This document shows positions 7,896 through 16,025 of a stretch of 64,000 nt of DNA, one piece after another (position 1 is the first letter of the stretch; the number at the start of each line of letters is the position of its first letter). This DNA comes from an uncultured Gemmatimonadales bacterium. Its GTDB lineage: Bacteria > Gemmatimonadota > Gemmatimonadetes > Gemmatimonadales > GWC2-71-9. The stretch is from contig CAWHFW010000005.1 in the NCBI GenBank assembly GCA_963828735.1, positions 1,728,001 through 1,792,000 on the forward strand, written 5' to 3'. The position numbers and the translations under genes are program-made. A model generated the notes under the pieces. It was not told the origin of the DNA, searched no databases, and saw only the letters and a list, made by a program, of their open reading frames with translations.

Positions 7896-9815
7896 TTAAG
7901 CGCTCACCGAGTTGGCGCTGCCCTCGGCCAGCTCGCCGGCGACCGCACCGGCTTCTACTCCGGGGCTGCTCGACGATGGTTGCTCCTCGAAGGTAGCCCG
8001 GAGCGCGTTGAGGATCACCGCCACGTCGATCGCCTCTTGTAGCAGCGCGCCCGCGATCGGCGGGATGTAGCCGAACGCCGCCGCGATCATCGCGAGACCG
8101 CTCAGCCCGAGCCCCGCCCAGATGCTCTGCCGCGCCAGCCGAAGCGTGCGGCGGCTGATGGCGATCGCCTGGCGGAGCAGGGTCGGGTCGTCAGCCAGGA
8201 GGACGGCGTCCGCTGCCTCCGCGCTGATGCCACCGCCGCCGCTGGCGAGCGCGACACCCACCGTGGCGCTGCTGAGCGCCGGCGCGTCGTTGGTACCGTC
8301 GCCCACCATCAGCACCCGCTCACCTTCTTTCACCAGCCGCTGGATGTAGGCGACTTTCTGTTCCGGCAGCAGGTCACCGTGAGCCTCCTCGATTCCGACG
8401 GCGTGCGCGACCGCCGAGGCGTTGGCCTGCTCGTCGCCGGAGAGGAGCAGCGTGCGGCGCACGCCGAGCCGGCGGAGGTCAGCCATGAATCGACCGACAC
8501 CCGGCCGGAGTCTGTCGGCGTACTCCACCACCCCGGCACCGTGTCCATCCACGGCGACGTAGGCGCGGAGCCCGGGCCCGCCGTTCCCGCCCAACGCCGA
8601 GTGCAAGCCCGCCTCGGCTTGGGGTGCCTGGCGGGTAACGAACGCCCAGCCGCCCACGTTGATCCTGCGACCGTCGACCTCGCCGGTCACGCCCTCGCCG
8701 GGTGTCTCGATGATCTCTCGCGCCTCCGGTAGCTCGATGCCCCGTGCCACCGCCTCGTCCACGAGCGTGCGTGCGAGCAGGTGGCCGGAGCCGCGCTCGA
8801 CCGCTCCGGCGAGTTGCAACACCTCCATGGGCGTGAACGGCGCGGTCGCGAGGACGCGCGCGACCTGCGGACGGCCGATCGTCAGCGTACCGGTCTTGTC
8901 GAACACGGCCACCGTGATCCGCGAGAGCTGCTCGAGCGCCGTGCCGTGCCGCACGATGATCCCGTGGCGGGCCGCGCAGTTGATTCCGCCCACGATCGCG
9001 ACGGGCGTGGCGAGAATGAGCGGGCACGGCGTGGCGACGACCAGCACCGCGAGCAGGCGCGTTGGATCCCGCGTGACGAAATACACCGCGGCGGCCACCA
9101 GCAGGGTGAGGGGCGTGAACCAGACGGCATAGCGGTCGGCCAGCCGCTGCAGCGGGGACTTGCTCTCCTGTGCCGTGCGCACCAGCTCGACGATGCGCGC
9201 ATACTGACTCTCCCGCGCCGGTGCGGCAGCGCGCACGGTCAGCGGCCCATCCAGGTTGAGGCTCCCGCTCAGGAGTCGGGTCCCGGCCGTGGCCGTCAGG
9301 GGGAGCGGCTCGCCAGTGAGCCGCGCCGTGTCCACGTGCGAGCGGCCCTCGAGCACGACCACGTCGCACGGCACCAGCTCCCCGGGCCGGACCAGGAGCT
9401 CGTCGCCCACGGCCACGGCGTCCACCCCTACGTCCTCGAGGCCGGCGGCGGCGATTCGATGCGCCAAACGCGGCGCGGCAGCCTCCAGGTCGTGCACTGC
9501 CCGCGAAGCACGACCCTCGGCGTAGCGCTCGAGCGCCTCGCCTCCCGTCTGCATGAGGACCACGATGAGGCCCGCCAGGGGCTGGCCGAGGAGAAGGGCG
9601 GTGACGATGGCGAGCATCGCCACCAGATCGGCGGCGAATCGGCCGGCGGCGACGCCGCGGAGCGTCCGCCAGACGACCGGGAGTCCGGTCGCGGCCAGCC
9701 CGATCGCCCACGCGAGAGTCGCCGCCTCGGGTGAGACCGCGACACGGATGATCAGGCCGAGAACAATCGCGAGCAACGCAGCCGCGGGCAGGCGGACCCC
9801 ACCGCGACGGGGCAT
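7896..9815 (-). CDS. Heavy-metal P1B-type ATPase, P1B-5 (PCP motif) subtype
   Basis: LTGE, ATPCPLILA, DKTGTLT, MVGDGTNDAPAL, LLQEAIDV; no N-terminal HMA domain. Confidence 0.9.
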   Translation of the reverse strand: MPRRGGVRLPAAALLAIVLGLIIRVAVSPEAATLAWAIGLAATGLPVVWRTLRGVAAGRFAADLVAMLAIVTALLLGQPLAGLIVVLMQTGGEALERYAEGRASRAVHDLEAAAPRLAHRIAAAGLEDVGVDAVAVGDELLVRPGELVPCDVVVLEGRSHVDTARLTGEPLPLTATAGTRLLSGSLNLDGPLTVRAAAPARESQYARIVELVRTAQESKSPLQRLADRYAVWFTPLTLLVAAAVYFVTRDPTRLLAVLVVATPCPLILATPVAIVGGINCAARHGIIVRHGTALEQLSRITVAVFDKTGTLTIGRPQVARVLATAPFTPMEVLQLAGAVERGSGHLLARTLVDEAVARGIELPEAREIIETPGEGVTGEVDGRRINVGGWAFVTRQAPQAEAGLHSALGGNGGPGLRAYVAVDGHGAGVVEYADRLRPGVGRFMADLRRLGVRRTLLLSGDEQANASAVAHAVGIEEAHGDLLPEQKVAYIQRLVKEGERVLMVGDGTNDAPALSSATVGVALASGGGGISAEAADAVLLADDPTLLRQAIAISRRTLRLARQSIWAGLGLSGLAMIAAAFGYIPPIAGALLQEAIDVAVILNALRATFEEQPSSSSPGVEAGAVAGELAEGSANSVSA

Positions 9816-10513
9816 CAGCGGGCGGGCGAGATCTCCGCGTCGCTGCCCCGACGCAAGCTGAAGCCCACGCCGCGGACGGTCGTGAGCAGCGGCTCGCCCG
9901 CCGCCTGCATCAGCTTCCTGCGGAGGTTGCCCACGTGCACGTCCACCACGTTGCTCTCCGGATCGAAGTGCATGTCCCAGACCTTCTCCAGGAGCGTGGT
10001 GCGGCGGACGACCTCCTCGGGGCGCAGCAGGAAGTACTCGAGGAGCTGGAATTCCTTCGGGGTGAGGTCGAGGCGCTCGTCGTTGACGGCGGCGACGTGG
10101 CGCAGCCGGTCGAGCGTGAGCGGGCCGTACCGGAGCGTCTCGAGGCGCTCCGCGCCGCCGCGGCGGTGGAGCGCCCGGATGCGCGCCAGCAGCTCGTCGA
10201 AGCGGAACGGCTTCGACAGATAGTCGTCGGCCCCGGCATCGAGCCCCCGCACCACGTCTTCCACCGCATCCCGCGAGGTGAGCATCAGGATGGGCGTGTT
10301 GCGCCCCTCCCGCCGGAGCTCGGTCGCGACCTGGAATCCGTTCTTCTTCGGCAGCACGATGTCGAGCAGGATCACGTCGTACTCGTAGACGTGGGCCAGC
10401 ATGGTGGCCTCCTCGCCGTCTGGCGCGACGTCCACCACGTAGCCCTCTTCCTTCAATCCCTGCTCGATGAATCCCGCGACCTTCCGGTCGTCTTCCACGA
10501 CGAGGATTTTCAT
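9815..10513 (-). CDS. OmpR/PhoB-family response regulator
   Basis: KILVVEDD, LLDIVLP, GADDYLSKPF; winged-helix region LTPKEFQLLEY...SNVVDVHVGNLRRKL...TVRGVGF. Confidence 0.95.
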   Translation of the reverse strand: MKILVVEDDRKVAGFIEQGLKEEGYVVDVAPDGEEATMLAHVYEYDVILLDIVLPKKNGFQVATELRREGRNTPILMLTSRDAVEDVVRGLDAGADDYLSKPFRFDELLARIRALHRRGGAERLETLRYGPLTLDRLRHVAAVNDERLDLTPKEFQLLEYFLLRPEEVVRRTTLLEKVWDMHFDPESNVVDVHVGNLRRKLMQAAGEPLLTTVRGVGFSLRRGSDAEISPAR

Positions 10514-10519
10514 GGGCTC

Positions 10520-10563
10520 AATGTACGGGCGGCCATCTGAACGCGGCCGGAATCGTTCGTGAA
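10520..10563 (-). promoter_or_regulatory. TTCA-repeat promoter cassette upstream of the response regulator (autoregulation candidate, leaderless)
   Basis: Sense strand: TTCA cgaacga TTCC ggccgcg TTCA gatggccgcccg TACATT, then 6 nt to ATG. Confidence 0.72.
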
Positions 10564-10570
10564 GGGTTCT

Positions 10571-11812
10571 TCATGATTGAGGTGTCGCCGGGAGCTCCAG
10601 CACGAACTGGCCTCCCTGACCCGGGCGGCATACGGCGCGGAGCTCCCCACCCAGCAGGCGCGCCAGCCGCCGGGAGAGCGGGAGGCCAAGACCAGCGCCG
10701 CGGCTGTCACCGCCCGCCTTGGTAACGTAGATGTCGAAGATCCGCTCCAGCTCGGCCTCGGGCACGCCCGGCCCTTCGTCCTCCACCACGTACTCGATCT
10801 TCGCCCCGCGGTCGGTGATCCGCACGCGGACGGTGCTGGCTTGCGCCGTGTGACGGATCGCGTTGCCCAGCAGGTTCACCAGGATCTGCTCCAATCGACT
10901 GCTGTCGGTGTCGCAGCTCGGCAGGCCGGCGGGCGCTTGCAGCTCCAGCCTGACCTGGCGGGATTCGGCCGCGGGCGTCACGCGGCCGAAGGCGTGCCGA
11001 ACGACAGAGGCGGGCTCGACCGACCGGATCACGGGATTGAGCCGGTCCTCGTCGAGCCGACTGAGGTCGAGCAGATCGTTGATGAGGGCGATGGCGTGCT
11101 GCGCGGAGTCGAGCACCTCGAACGCCGCCCGCGGCACCGTGGCGGGGTCCTTCTTGCGGACCAGCATCTCGGACCAGCCGAAGACCGCCGCGAGCGCGTT
11201 CCGGAGCTCGTGGTTCACCATGGCGAAGAACCGCTCGCGGGTCCGATGCAGCGCCTGCACCTCTTCCAGCAACCGAGCGCTCTCCTCGTGCAGGCGGGCG
11301 TTCTGGACGGCCGCCGCCGTGATGGCCGCGAGCAGCACCGCCATGTGCTCGTCCCGGTCGGTGAACGCCGGCTCATCGATCTTCTCGGTGAGGTACAGGT
11401 TTCCGAAGACTCCCCGCCGGCCCACGATCGGCACGCCCAGGAACGAGCGCATCGGCGGGTGATGGGGTGGAAAGCCGTAGGAATCGGGATGCCGGGTCAG
11501 ATCGGGGAGCCGGATCGGACGGGCCTCGCGGATCACCAGGCCCAGGATGCCGTGCCCGCGCGGTAGTGGCCCGATCAGCTCCCGCTCCTCGTCGCTGATA
11601 CCGTGGGTGGTGAAGCTCTCGAGCACGCGGCCGTCGGGCGCCAGCACGCCGATTGCCGCGTAGTGCGCACCGATCACCTCGGCCGCGACCTGAACGACGC
11701 GCTGCAGCACCCCGTCCAGCGACAGCTCGGTGATGAGGGCCGACGTGGCGATGATCAGGTGCTCGAGCCGCGGGTCGGCGCCGAGATCTGTGCGGGTCGC
11801 TGAATCGGTCAT
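10571..11812 (-). CDS. Soluble sensor histidine kinase with DosS/DosT-like GAF domain
   Basis: GILGLVI...PIRLPDLTRHPDSYGFPPHHPPMRSFLGVPI...FGNLYLTEK; HisKA NHELRN; NLLGNA, DEGPG, GLGL boxes; no TM segment. Confidence 0.9.
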   Translation of the reverse strand: MTDSATRTDLGADPRLEHLIIATSALITELSLDGVLQRVVQVAAEVIGAHYAAIGVLAPDGRVLESFTTHGISDEERELIGPLPRGHGILGLVIREARPIRLPDLTRHPDSYGFPPHHPPMRSFLGVPIVGRRGVFGNLYLTEKIDEPAFTDRDEHMAVLLAAITAAAVQNARLHEESARLLEEVQALHRTRERFFAMVNHELRNALAAVFGWSEMLVRKKDPATVPRAAFEVLDSAQHAIALINDLLDLSRLDEDRLNPVIRSVEPASVVRHAFGRVTPAAESRQVRLELQAPAGLPSCDTDSSRLEQILVNLLGNAIRHTAQASTVRVRITDRGAKIEYVVEDEGPGVPEAELERIFDIYVTKAGGDSRGAGLGLPLSRRLARLLGGELRAVCRPGQGGQFVLELPATPQS

Positions 11813-11859
11813 GAGAGAAAGGTACGGCCGGCCCCCGACTGCGGAACCCCATCGGGAGA

Positions 11860-11903
11860 TTCCGAGGGGTTTCATCTTTTCTTCACCCCCGCTCCGCTAG
11901 CCT
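11860..11903 (+). promoter_or_regulatory. TTCA-repeat promoter cassette upstream of the second USP
   Basis: TTCC gaggggt TTCA tcttttc TTCA cccccgctccgc TAGCCT, then 8 nt to ATG 11912. Confidence 0.75.
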
Positions 11904-11911
11904 GTTCCACC

Positions 11912-12733
11912 ATGAATGGCTCCTTGAATGGCTCCTTGCATGTCCGGCGGGTGATGGCCGCGACGGACGAGTCGGGCGCGGGTCGGCAGGCGGTCGCCAC
12001 CGCCCTGCAGGTCGCTCGGCGGGCCTCCGCGCACGCCACGATCCTCCGGGTCCTGCCGTTCGACGGCACCGCGTCGCGGGGTGCCGCCGAACAGCTCCAG
12101 CGTTGGGTCGAGTCGGATCTGCCCTCGCCGCTGCCGCCGCTCCCGATCGAATACGCCGTGGGCTACGGCCTTCCAGGAATCGAGATCCCCCGCGCCGCCG
12201 AGCGCATGCGCGCGGATCTGCTCGTACTCGGCCGGAACCAGCGCTCGCAGGCCATGCGCCTGCTGCTGGGCGACACCGCAGACGCAGTCGCCCGGCGGAG
12301 CCGAATCCCGTGCCTGTTCGTGCCGGCATACTCGGGGCGTACGCGCCGGGTGCTGGTTGCGGTGGACGGCTCCGGGCGGGGGACGGCCGTCCTGCGGGTC
12401 GCGAACGACTTCGCGGGGCAGCTGGGCGCCGACCTGCGGGTTCTGACCGTCGAGCGGGTCCACGCCGGCGAGCCTGCCGAGCTCGCGGCGGGTGTCCCGG
12501 CGACACGCAGCACGAGCATCCAGGCGGACGTGAACCAAACGCTCGCGCGCGGGCTGGACGTGCGCCGCGGCGACGCGGCGGCGGAGATCCTCGCGGCCGT
12601 CGAGGAGCAGGCCCCTGATGTGCTCGTGATCGGCTGCCACCGCGGCGGGCCGGCGGGCGTGATCGAGGCTGGCAGCACCGCCCGGAAGGTGATCCACCAG
12701 GCGCCGTGCGCGGTGCTCACGGTGCCGTTGTAG
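11912..12733 (+). CDS. Universal stress protein, tandem USP domains
   Basis: VMAATDES...LLGDTADAVARRS; VLVAVDGS...GSTARKVIHQAPCAVLTVP. Confidence 0.88.
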   Translation: MNGSLNGSLHVRRVMAATDESGAGRQAVATALQVARRASAHATILRVLPFDGTASRGAAEQLQRWVESDLPSPLPPLPIEYAVGYGLPGIEIPRAAERMRADLLVLGRNQRSQAMRLLLGDTADAVARRSRIPCLFVPAYSGRTRRVLVAVDGSGRGTAVLRVANDFAGQLGADLRVLTVERVHAGEPAELAAGVPATRSTSIQADVNQTLARGLDVRRGDAAAEILAAVEEQAPDVLVIGCHRGGPAGVIEAGSTARKVIHQAPCAVLTVPL

Positions 12734-12745
12734 CCGGGCGCTGCC

Positions 12746-13141
12746 CTAGGTCCCCCTCAAGAGATCTTCGACCGTCCGATCGCGGAAGAACGCGGTGACG
12801 CGCTCGCTCACCGACTTCCACTCGTGGTGCGCAGGGCAGGGGTTCCGGTCGCTGCACTGCGGGCGGCCGAGCAGGCAGCGACGCTCGGCCGAGATCCCGT
12901 CGAACGGCGCGACGACCCGGAGCAGCTTGAGCCGGTCCGGTGGGACCGCCAGCCGGAACCCGCCGCCCTTGCCGCGAGTGGAGAGCAGCACCCCCTCGCG
13001 GGCCAGCCGGTGCAGGGTCTTCGACAGGTAGTTGCGGGGGATTTGAAGCCGCTGGGCGATCTCGTCGGCCCGGGCGGCTTCGTCGCGGTCGGCCAGGAAC
13101 AGGACCGTCCGGAGGGCGTATTCAGCGGTCTGGGACAGCAC
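12746..13141 (-). CDS. Rrf2-family Fe-S transcriptional regulator
   Basis: LSQTAEYALR, YLSKTLHRL...STRGKGGGFRL, C-x6-C-x5-C-x2-H; GTG start at 13141 preferred. Confidence 0.92.
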   Translation of the reverse strand: MLSQTAEYALRTVLFLADRDEAARADEIAQRLQIPRNYLSKTLHRLAREGVLLSTRGKGGGFRLAVPPDRLKLLRVVAPFDGISAERRCLLGRPQCSDRNPCPAHHEWKSVSERVTAFFRDRTVEDLLRGT

Positions 13142-13190
13142 GGTAGTCTCGGGGTCGGAATGGGAACGATCCTTTCCCCGGAAATTAATC

Positions 13191-13208
13191 ATATCCTCAT
13201 GATGATAT
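13191..13208. promoter_or_regulatory. AT-rich imperfect palindrome, candidate Rrf2 operator
   Basis: ATATCcTCA-TGAtGATAT in the Rrf2/nosZ divergent intergenic region. Confidence 0.5.
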
Positions 13209-13268
13209 CAAGATACTTGTCGCGACCCTCCTCGCAGGTTCGAGGGTCACGGCGGGTGTGAAGAAAGG

Positions 13269-13312
13269 CTCACGGCCGGTTCACGGTCCGCCGTGCCCGG
13301 CCCTCGTAGGTT
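13269..13312 (+). promoter_or_regulatory. TTCA-repeat promoter cassette upstream of nosZ
   Basis: CTCA cggccgg TTCA cggtccg CCGT gcccggccctcg TAGGTT; same register as the other seven, third unit degenerate. Confidence 0.58.
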
Positions 13313-13351
13313 CCGCCGCAACGACCAGTCCCACACGCAGGAGGACCACCG

Positions 13352-15388
13352 ATGTCGCGCCGCACCTTTCGCATTCCCGGTTCGCTCGCGCTGCTTGCCG
13401 GCAGCGCCATCCTCGCCACAGGCTGCGGCTCGGCGAATGCCACGCGGCTCGGCGAGGCGAGCGACGCTGCCCAGCGGGTCTACGTCGCCCCTGGCAAATA
13501 CGACGAGTTCTACGCCTTCATGTCTGGCGGGTTCGACGGCCAGGTCGGGGTGTACGGCCTGCCGTCCGGCCGGCTCCTCAAGCACGTGCCGGTCTTCTCG
13601 CAGAGCACGGAGAACGGTTGGGGCTACAGCGAGCAGACGAAGCCCATGCTGATGACCAGCTACGGCTTCGTGCCGTGGGACGACGCCCACCATCCGCAGC
13701 TCAGCCAGACCGACGGCGTACCCGACGGCCGCTGGTTGTTCATCAACGGCAACAACACGCCGCGCATCGCCCGGCTCGAGCTCACGAAGTTCGAGACCGA
13801 GGAGATCCTCGAGATTCCCAACAGCGCCGGCAACCACAGCTCGCCGTTCGTCACCGAGAACAACGAGTACGTCGTCGCGGGTACCCGGTTCAGCGTGCCG
13901 GCGCCGCAGCGGGACGTGTCGATCGACGAGTACAAGGAGGCCTTCGCGGGCACGCTCACCTTCGCTCGGGTCGACAGCGCGACCGGCCACATGACGATCG
14001 CGTTCCAGATCCGGCTGCCGGCGTTCGACTACGATCTCTCGCACGCGGGCAAGGGGCCGTCGCACGGCTGGTCCTTCTTCACCAGCTACAACAGCGAGGA
14101 AGGGAACACCAAGCTCGAGGTGAACGCCTCCCAGAAGGACAAGGACTACATCGCGGCGATCAACTGGAAGCAGGCCGAGCAATGCGTCGCGCAGGGCAAG
14201 GCCACGACCGAGCCGGCCCGCTATGCCCACAACGTGATGGGTGGGGACGGGATCGCGCGGACCGAGTGGGGCACCAGCGTCAAGGTGCTGACGCCCGCCG
14301 CGTGCCCGGGACTCGCCTACTTCCTGCCGACGCCCAAGAGCCCGCACGGCGTGGACGTGGATCCGACCGGCGAGTACATCGTGGCGGGCGGCAAGCTCGC
14401 GACGGTGATCCCCGTGCACAGCTTCTCGAAGATGCAGAAGGCGATCGCTGACCGGGCGTTCGCGGGCGAGGACCACGGCATCCCGGTGCTCAAGTACGAG
14501 GCCACGGTGGCGGGCGAAGTGCAGAACCCCGGGCTGGGCCCGCTCCACACCGAGTTCGACGGGAAGGGCAACGCCTACACCTCGATGTTCCTGAGCTCCG
14601 AGATCGTGAAGTGGAGCCTCAAGACGTTCAAGGTGCTCGACCGCGCACCGACCTACTACTCGATCGGCCACCTGATGATCCCGGGCGGCGACAGCCGGAA
14701 GCCATGGGGCAAGTACGTCCTCGCCCTCAACAAGATCACCAAGGACCGCTACCTGCCGACCGGCCCGGAGCTGGCGCAGTCGGCGCAGCTCTACGACATC
14801 AGCGGCGACCGGATGAAGCTGCTGTCCGACTTCCCGACCATCGGCGAGCCGCACTACGCCCAGGCGCTGCCGGCGGCGATGATCAAGGACCGCCAGCTCA
14901 AGATGTATTCGCTCAAGGAGAACCAGGACCCGTGGGCGGCCAAGAACGAAAAGGTGACGCGGGTGGAGCGGAAGGGCAGCGTCGTGCACGTGGTGATGAC
15001 CTCGGTCCGCAGCCACTTCATGCCCGACAAGATCGAGGGAATCCAGGTGGGCGACTCGGTCTACTTCCACCTCACCAACCTCGAGCAGGACTGGGACGTG
15101 CCCCACGGCTTCGCGGTGCTGGGCAACAACAACTCCGAGCTGCTGATGATGCCGGGCCAGACGCGCACGTTGGCGTGGGTGCCGAGCCGGCCCGGGATCT
15201 ATCCCTTCTACTGCACCGACTTCTGCTCGGCGCTGCACCAGGAGATGCAAGGCTACATCCGGGTGTCCCCGAAGGGCGCGAAGGTCGCGGTCAAGTGGAA
15301 CAGTCCGAGCTACCACGAGGCCGAGGGTGAGCACGAGGAGCACGAAGTCGCTCGGGCAGGACGAGACCATGAACGCGACAGCAATTGA
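13352..15388 (+). CDS. nosZ: Nitrous-oxide reductase, clade II, lipoprotein
   Basis: CuZ ligands DAHHP, GNHS, SPHG, GPLHT, IGHL, EPHY; CuA PHGF...CTDFCSALHQEM; clade II N-terminus YVAPGKYDEFYAFMSGG; lipobox LATGC. Confidence 0.97.
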   Translation: MSRRTFRIPGSLALLAGSAILATGCGSANATRLGEASDAAQRVYVAPGKYDEFYAFMSGGFDGQVGVYGLPSGRLLKHVPVFSQSTENGWGYSEQTKPMLMTSYGFVPWDDAHHPQLSQTDGVPDGRWLFINGNNTPRIARLELTKFETEEILEIPNSAGNHSSPFVTENNEYVVAGTRFSVPAPQRDVSIDEYKEAFAGTLTFARVDSATGHMTIAFQIRLPAFDYDLSHAGKGPSHGWSFFTSYNSEEGNTKLEVNASQKDKDYIAAINWKQAEQCVAQGKATTEPARYAHNVMGGDGIARTEWGTSVKVLTPAACPGLAYFLPTPKSPHGVDVDPTGEYIVAGGKLATVIPVHSFSKMQKAIADRAFAGEDHGIPVLKYEATVAGEVQNPGLGPLHTEFDGKGNAYTSMFLSSEIVKWSLKTFKVLDRAPTYYSIGHLMIPGGDSRKPWGKYVLALNKITKDRYLPTGPELAQSAQLYDISGDRMKLLSDFPTIGEPHYAQALPAAMIKDRQLKMYSLKENQDPWAAKNEKVTRVERKGSVVHVVMTSVRSHFMPDKIEGIQVGDSVYFHLTNLEQDWDVPHGFAVLGNNNSELLMMPGQTRTLAWVPSRPGIYPFYCTDFCSALHQEMQGYIRVSPKGAKVAVKWNSPSYHEAEGEHEEHEVARAGRDHERDSN

Positions 15389-16025
15389 CGTGAAGCCGGG
15401 CGGGCTCAGCGCCCGCCCGGCGGCCCCGCCGGCTCAGGCGCGCGGCATGCGGCGTCTGTCGCAGGGGGTCGTCGCCGTGGCGTCGCTGATGCTCCTCGCG
15501 GTCTACGTGGCGCCGCTCTGGGTCATCCGCCTGGTGGCGCCGCAGTACCCGGAGGGCCTCGGACTGCTGATCTGGGTGAACCGGATCACGGGGCTTGGCC
15601 CGAACGACCTCAACAGCATCAATGGGCTCAACCACTACATCGGGATGCGCCCGATCGACCCGGCCTCGATTCCCGAGCTGCGGCTCATGCCCGGCCTCGT
15701 CGCGGCCGCGATCGTCGCGGGGCTGCTGGTCGCGCTGATCGGCCGGCGGCCGCTGCTCTACGTCTGGGCGGTGCTGTTCACGATCGGAGCCGCGCTCGGG
15801 CTCGGCGACTTCTGGCACTGGGGCTACGAGTACGGCCATCAGCTCGACCCGCATGCCGCGATCAAGGTGCCCGGGATGAGCTACCAGCCGCCGGTCATCG
15901 GCAGCAAGGTACTGCTCAACTTCCACGCGACCTCGTGGCCCGGCCTCGGCGGGTGGATGGCCATCCTGTCACTCGGGTGCGTCGCCACCGTCGCGGTGCT
16001 CGAGTGGCGGAGACGCCATGGGTAG
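15369..16025 (+). CDS. nosB: NosB membrane protein of clade II nos clusters
   Basis: PLWVIRLVAPQYPEGL, INGLNHYIGM, WGYEYGHQLDPHAAIKVPGMSYQPP; directly after nosZ. Confidence 0.85.
   Translation: MNATAIDVKPGGLSARPAAPPAQARGMRRLSQGVVAVASLMLLAVYVAPLWVIRLVAPQYPEGLGLLIWVNRITGLGPNDLNSINGLNHYIGMRPIDPASIPELRLMPGLVAAAIVAGLLVALIGRRPLLYVWAVLFTIGAALGLGDFWHWGYEYGHQLDPHAAIKVPGMSYQPPVIGSKVLLNFHATSWPGLGGWMAILSLGCVATVAVLEWRRRHG

Noticed and set aside
13142..13351. FNR/DNR box upstream of nosZ
   Set aside because: No TTGAT-N4-ATCAA match; TGATATCA lacks the spacer.
13247..15370. Long antisense ORFs (e.g. 13247..15370, 23788..25692, 30036..31814, 61732..63744)
   Set aside because: Shadows of well-supported genes in GC-rich DNA with no motifs of their own.
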